DNA of 64,000 nucleotides from Candidatus Omnitrophota bacterium (GTDB lineage: Bacteria; Omnitrophota; Gorgyraeia; Zapsychrales; JAKLDJ01): positions 69,353 through 133,352 of the forward strand of contig JAKLDJ010000005.1 of NCBI GenBank assembly GCA_022703585.1, written 5' to 3'. Of this stretch, positions 62,614 through 64,000 are shown in pieces; position 1 is the stretch's first letter; each line of letters opens with the position of its first letter. A program made the translations under genes and the position numbers. Under the pieces are notes generated by a model. That model was not told the DNA's origin and searched no databases. It saw only the letters and a program-made list of their open reading frames with translations.

Positions 62614-64000
62614 AGATTAGTCTCTAATTTATCAAAACCATTTTGCAATCTAGCTCGTATTAAATTTTGTACTTCGTGGATATCTTGTACCTCTAAAATA
62701 GCCCATTTACCAAACTTTCCGATATTGTTTATGGCAGGAACCCATAATTCACGAGTCGTCTTAATCTTTATTATCTTTTTATCATCTTTCTTCCCAGTCA
62801 CTTCAATTATCAAACTTAAGACTGATTTATCGGGTAGCTCAAGCTTCACAATAAAATCGGGAATATAGGGATGTCCTACTCCTTGGTACTCATAAGGAAT
62901 GGCAAACCCCATATTCTGGTTCTTAACATAGGACAAAACCTCTAGCATCTGCTCTAACCTTGTCGCAACTCCCTGCTCCCATTCTTTAGTATCAGCTACA
63001 ACGTAATTAACATGGCTCTTGACTGTCGCCTGCACTTCTTTGGTAGTCAAGAAATCCACGTATCGAGTAGAGCCCAAAGTATCATAAGGAGCAAGAACTG
63101 GTAGGAGCTTCTTTTCTTTCTGTTGATCAAGGTTCTCAGCTACGATTCCCTGCTGAATTTTAGTAAGCGCACCAGAGAAATATTCGCCCACAGATAGATA
63201 GCCAATAACCATGCGGTCTTTTAATACAACATAGCCCTTAATATATTCTTCGCAGATTTTCTTAAGCTGTGGAAATAACCAGTATTTTTCCGTTCCGTCA
63301 GCGTCCATATAGTAACGTTTAAGCAAAGACTCAGCAAGCCGTATTGTTACCTCACCTTCCCTACGACTTTTTATCTTCTCAAGCTTTTCTACGGTTGTAT
63401 CTCCGATGATGCCACCTGAAGTAACTTCTGTGGGCTCATTTTCAATAATGGTTCTCGATTCTTCGGTAAACCGAGCTTTCAACTTTGTCTCATCTAACTC
63501 ATATCGATATCCTTCAACGCGCGGGAATGTAATCTCATATTGCTCGCGTTCCTGTAAAGCACGAACACGGTGGATAACTTTTGGTGGCTGAGGAGGAGTA
63601 ACGCCTTCAGATTTTAAGAAACTAAAAGGCACACCGTACACTTCAGCGTATTCGGGCGCCATGAGACCGTTCTCCTCATTAACATCATAATCAACGCGCC
63701 TCAAGGCACGGCCTACTACTTGTTCACACAAAAGCTGAGTCGAGAATGCTCGAATACCTAAAATGTGAGTAACGGTATTCACATCCCACCCTTCAGTGAG
63801 CATGGAAACAGATACTACACATTTGATATTTTCACCTAGCTTACCCGGCTTTCCAACGGTATTCATTACCTCTCGCAAAAGTTCTTCATCGCTAGGATCA
63901 TCTCTTCCCGGAAAACGATGTCGATATTCTTTATGAAAATCTCCAATTTCTTTAGTAAAGATCTTTTTGAAGTCGTCGTTTATTTTTTCACCACTTTCCA
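62610..64000 (-). CDS. res: Type III restriction enzyme Res subunit, partial (5' end beyond window)
   Basis: The track ORF starts at a TTG. Hand translation shows the reading frame continues with no stop to the window edge (...GGEKINDDFKKIFTKEIGDFHKEYRHRFPGRDDPSDEELLREV...). Helicase motifs V/VI are present (SVSMLTEGWDVNTV, QVVGRALRR). The C-terminal domain is PD-(D/E)xK-like (IPDFIVKL...LIIEVTGKK). Confidence 0.8.
   Translation of the reverse strand, partial: ESGEKINDDFKKIFTKEIGDFHKEYRHRFPGRDDPSDEELLREVMNTVGKPGKLGENIKCVVSVSMLTEGWDVNTVTHILGIRAFSTQLLCEQVVGRALRRVDYDVNEENGLMAPEYAEVYGVPFSFLKSEGVTPPQPPKVIHRVRALQEREQYEITFPRVEGYRYELDETKLKARFTEESRTIIENEPTEVTSGGIIGDTTVEKLEKIKSRREGEVTIRLAESLLKRYYMDADGTEKYWLFPQLKKICEEYIKGYVVLKDRMVIGYLSVGEYFSGALTKIQQGIVAENLDQQKEKKLLPVLAPYDTLGSTRYVDFLTTKEVQATVKSHVNYVVADTKEWEQGVATRLEQMLEVLSYVKNQNMGFAIPYEYQGVGHPYIPDFIVKLELPDKSVLSLIIEVTGKKDDKKIIKIKTTRELWVPAINNIGKFGKWAILEVQDIHEVQNLIRARLQNGFDKLETNL

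Overview
The window is a 64-kb bacterial chromosomal segment (Gram-negative envelope genes: mlaFED, hldD, a GT9 heptosyltransferase) in which every convincing gene is on the minus strand. The ORF track appears to omit ORFs that run off the window edge, so the partial CDS at each end were read by hand.

Order of content:
- A secreted subtilisin-like (S8) protease sits behind a leader that I read as a c-di-GMP-I riboswitch followed by two intrinsic terminators.
- A CHASE2-PP2C phosphatase, MlaD, MlaF and MlaE, and a STAS/anti-sigma-kinase pair form one co-directional block.
- Next come a CBS-pair protein, a coiled-coil membrane protein, HldD, a permease, a CorC-type DUF21-CBS protein, a response regulator with an EAL domain, an alpha-glucan phosphorylase and an ApbE flavin transferase.
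- About 32 kb (18.2-50.3 kb) is a cell-surface glycan locus. It contains two YfhO-like membrane proteins, a GT-C enzyme, two GT2 polyprenyl-phosphate glycosyltransferases, a GT9 heptosyltransferase and NDP-sugar epimerase/dehydratase enzymes. Embedded in it is an atypical set of carbon-carbon bond-forming enzymes: an acetolactate-synthase-like ThDP enzyme, an E1 alpha/beta pair, a 4-hydroxy-2-oxovalerate aldolase (DmpG) with acetylating acetaldehyde dehydrogenase (DmpF), and an Ldh_2 dehydrogenase. The same block has two radical-SAM proteins (one B12-binding), four methyltransferases, and cupin and DJ-1 proteins.
- After that lie moaC and moeA, separated by a spacer of phased GTTAC repeats, then an RlpA-like lipoprotein and an SGNH/MBOAT O-acyltransferase pair.
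- A repeat-dense intergenic region follows (a degenerate heptamer array plus two exact 73-bp double-hairpin units) ahead of a zinc-ribbon protein with a lysine-rich tail.
- The last 7 kb looks like a defence island. It holds a HEPN-nucleotidyltransferase toxin-antitoxin cassette flanked by ~150-bp direct repeats (one copy carries a truncated 5' duplicate of the neighbouring gene), a HAD hydrolase, a 135-aa unknown protein, an HTH protein, and a Type III restriction-modification system (Mod, then Res cut off at the window edge).

No rRNA, tRNA, CRISPR array, transposase or integrase was seen. Coordinates lean on the ORF track. Start sites that I moved to an internal Met are noted in the evidence. 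My nucleotide-level coordinates for RNA and repeat features may be off by a few bases.
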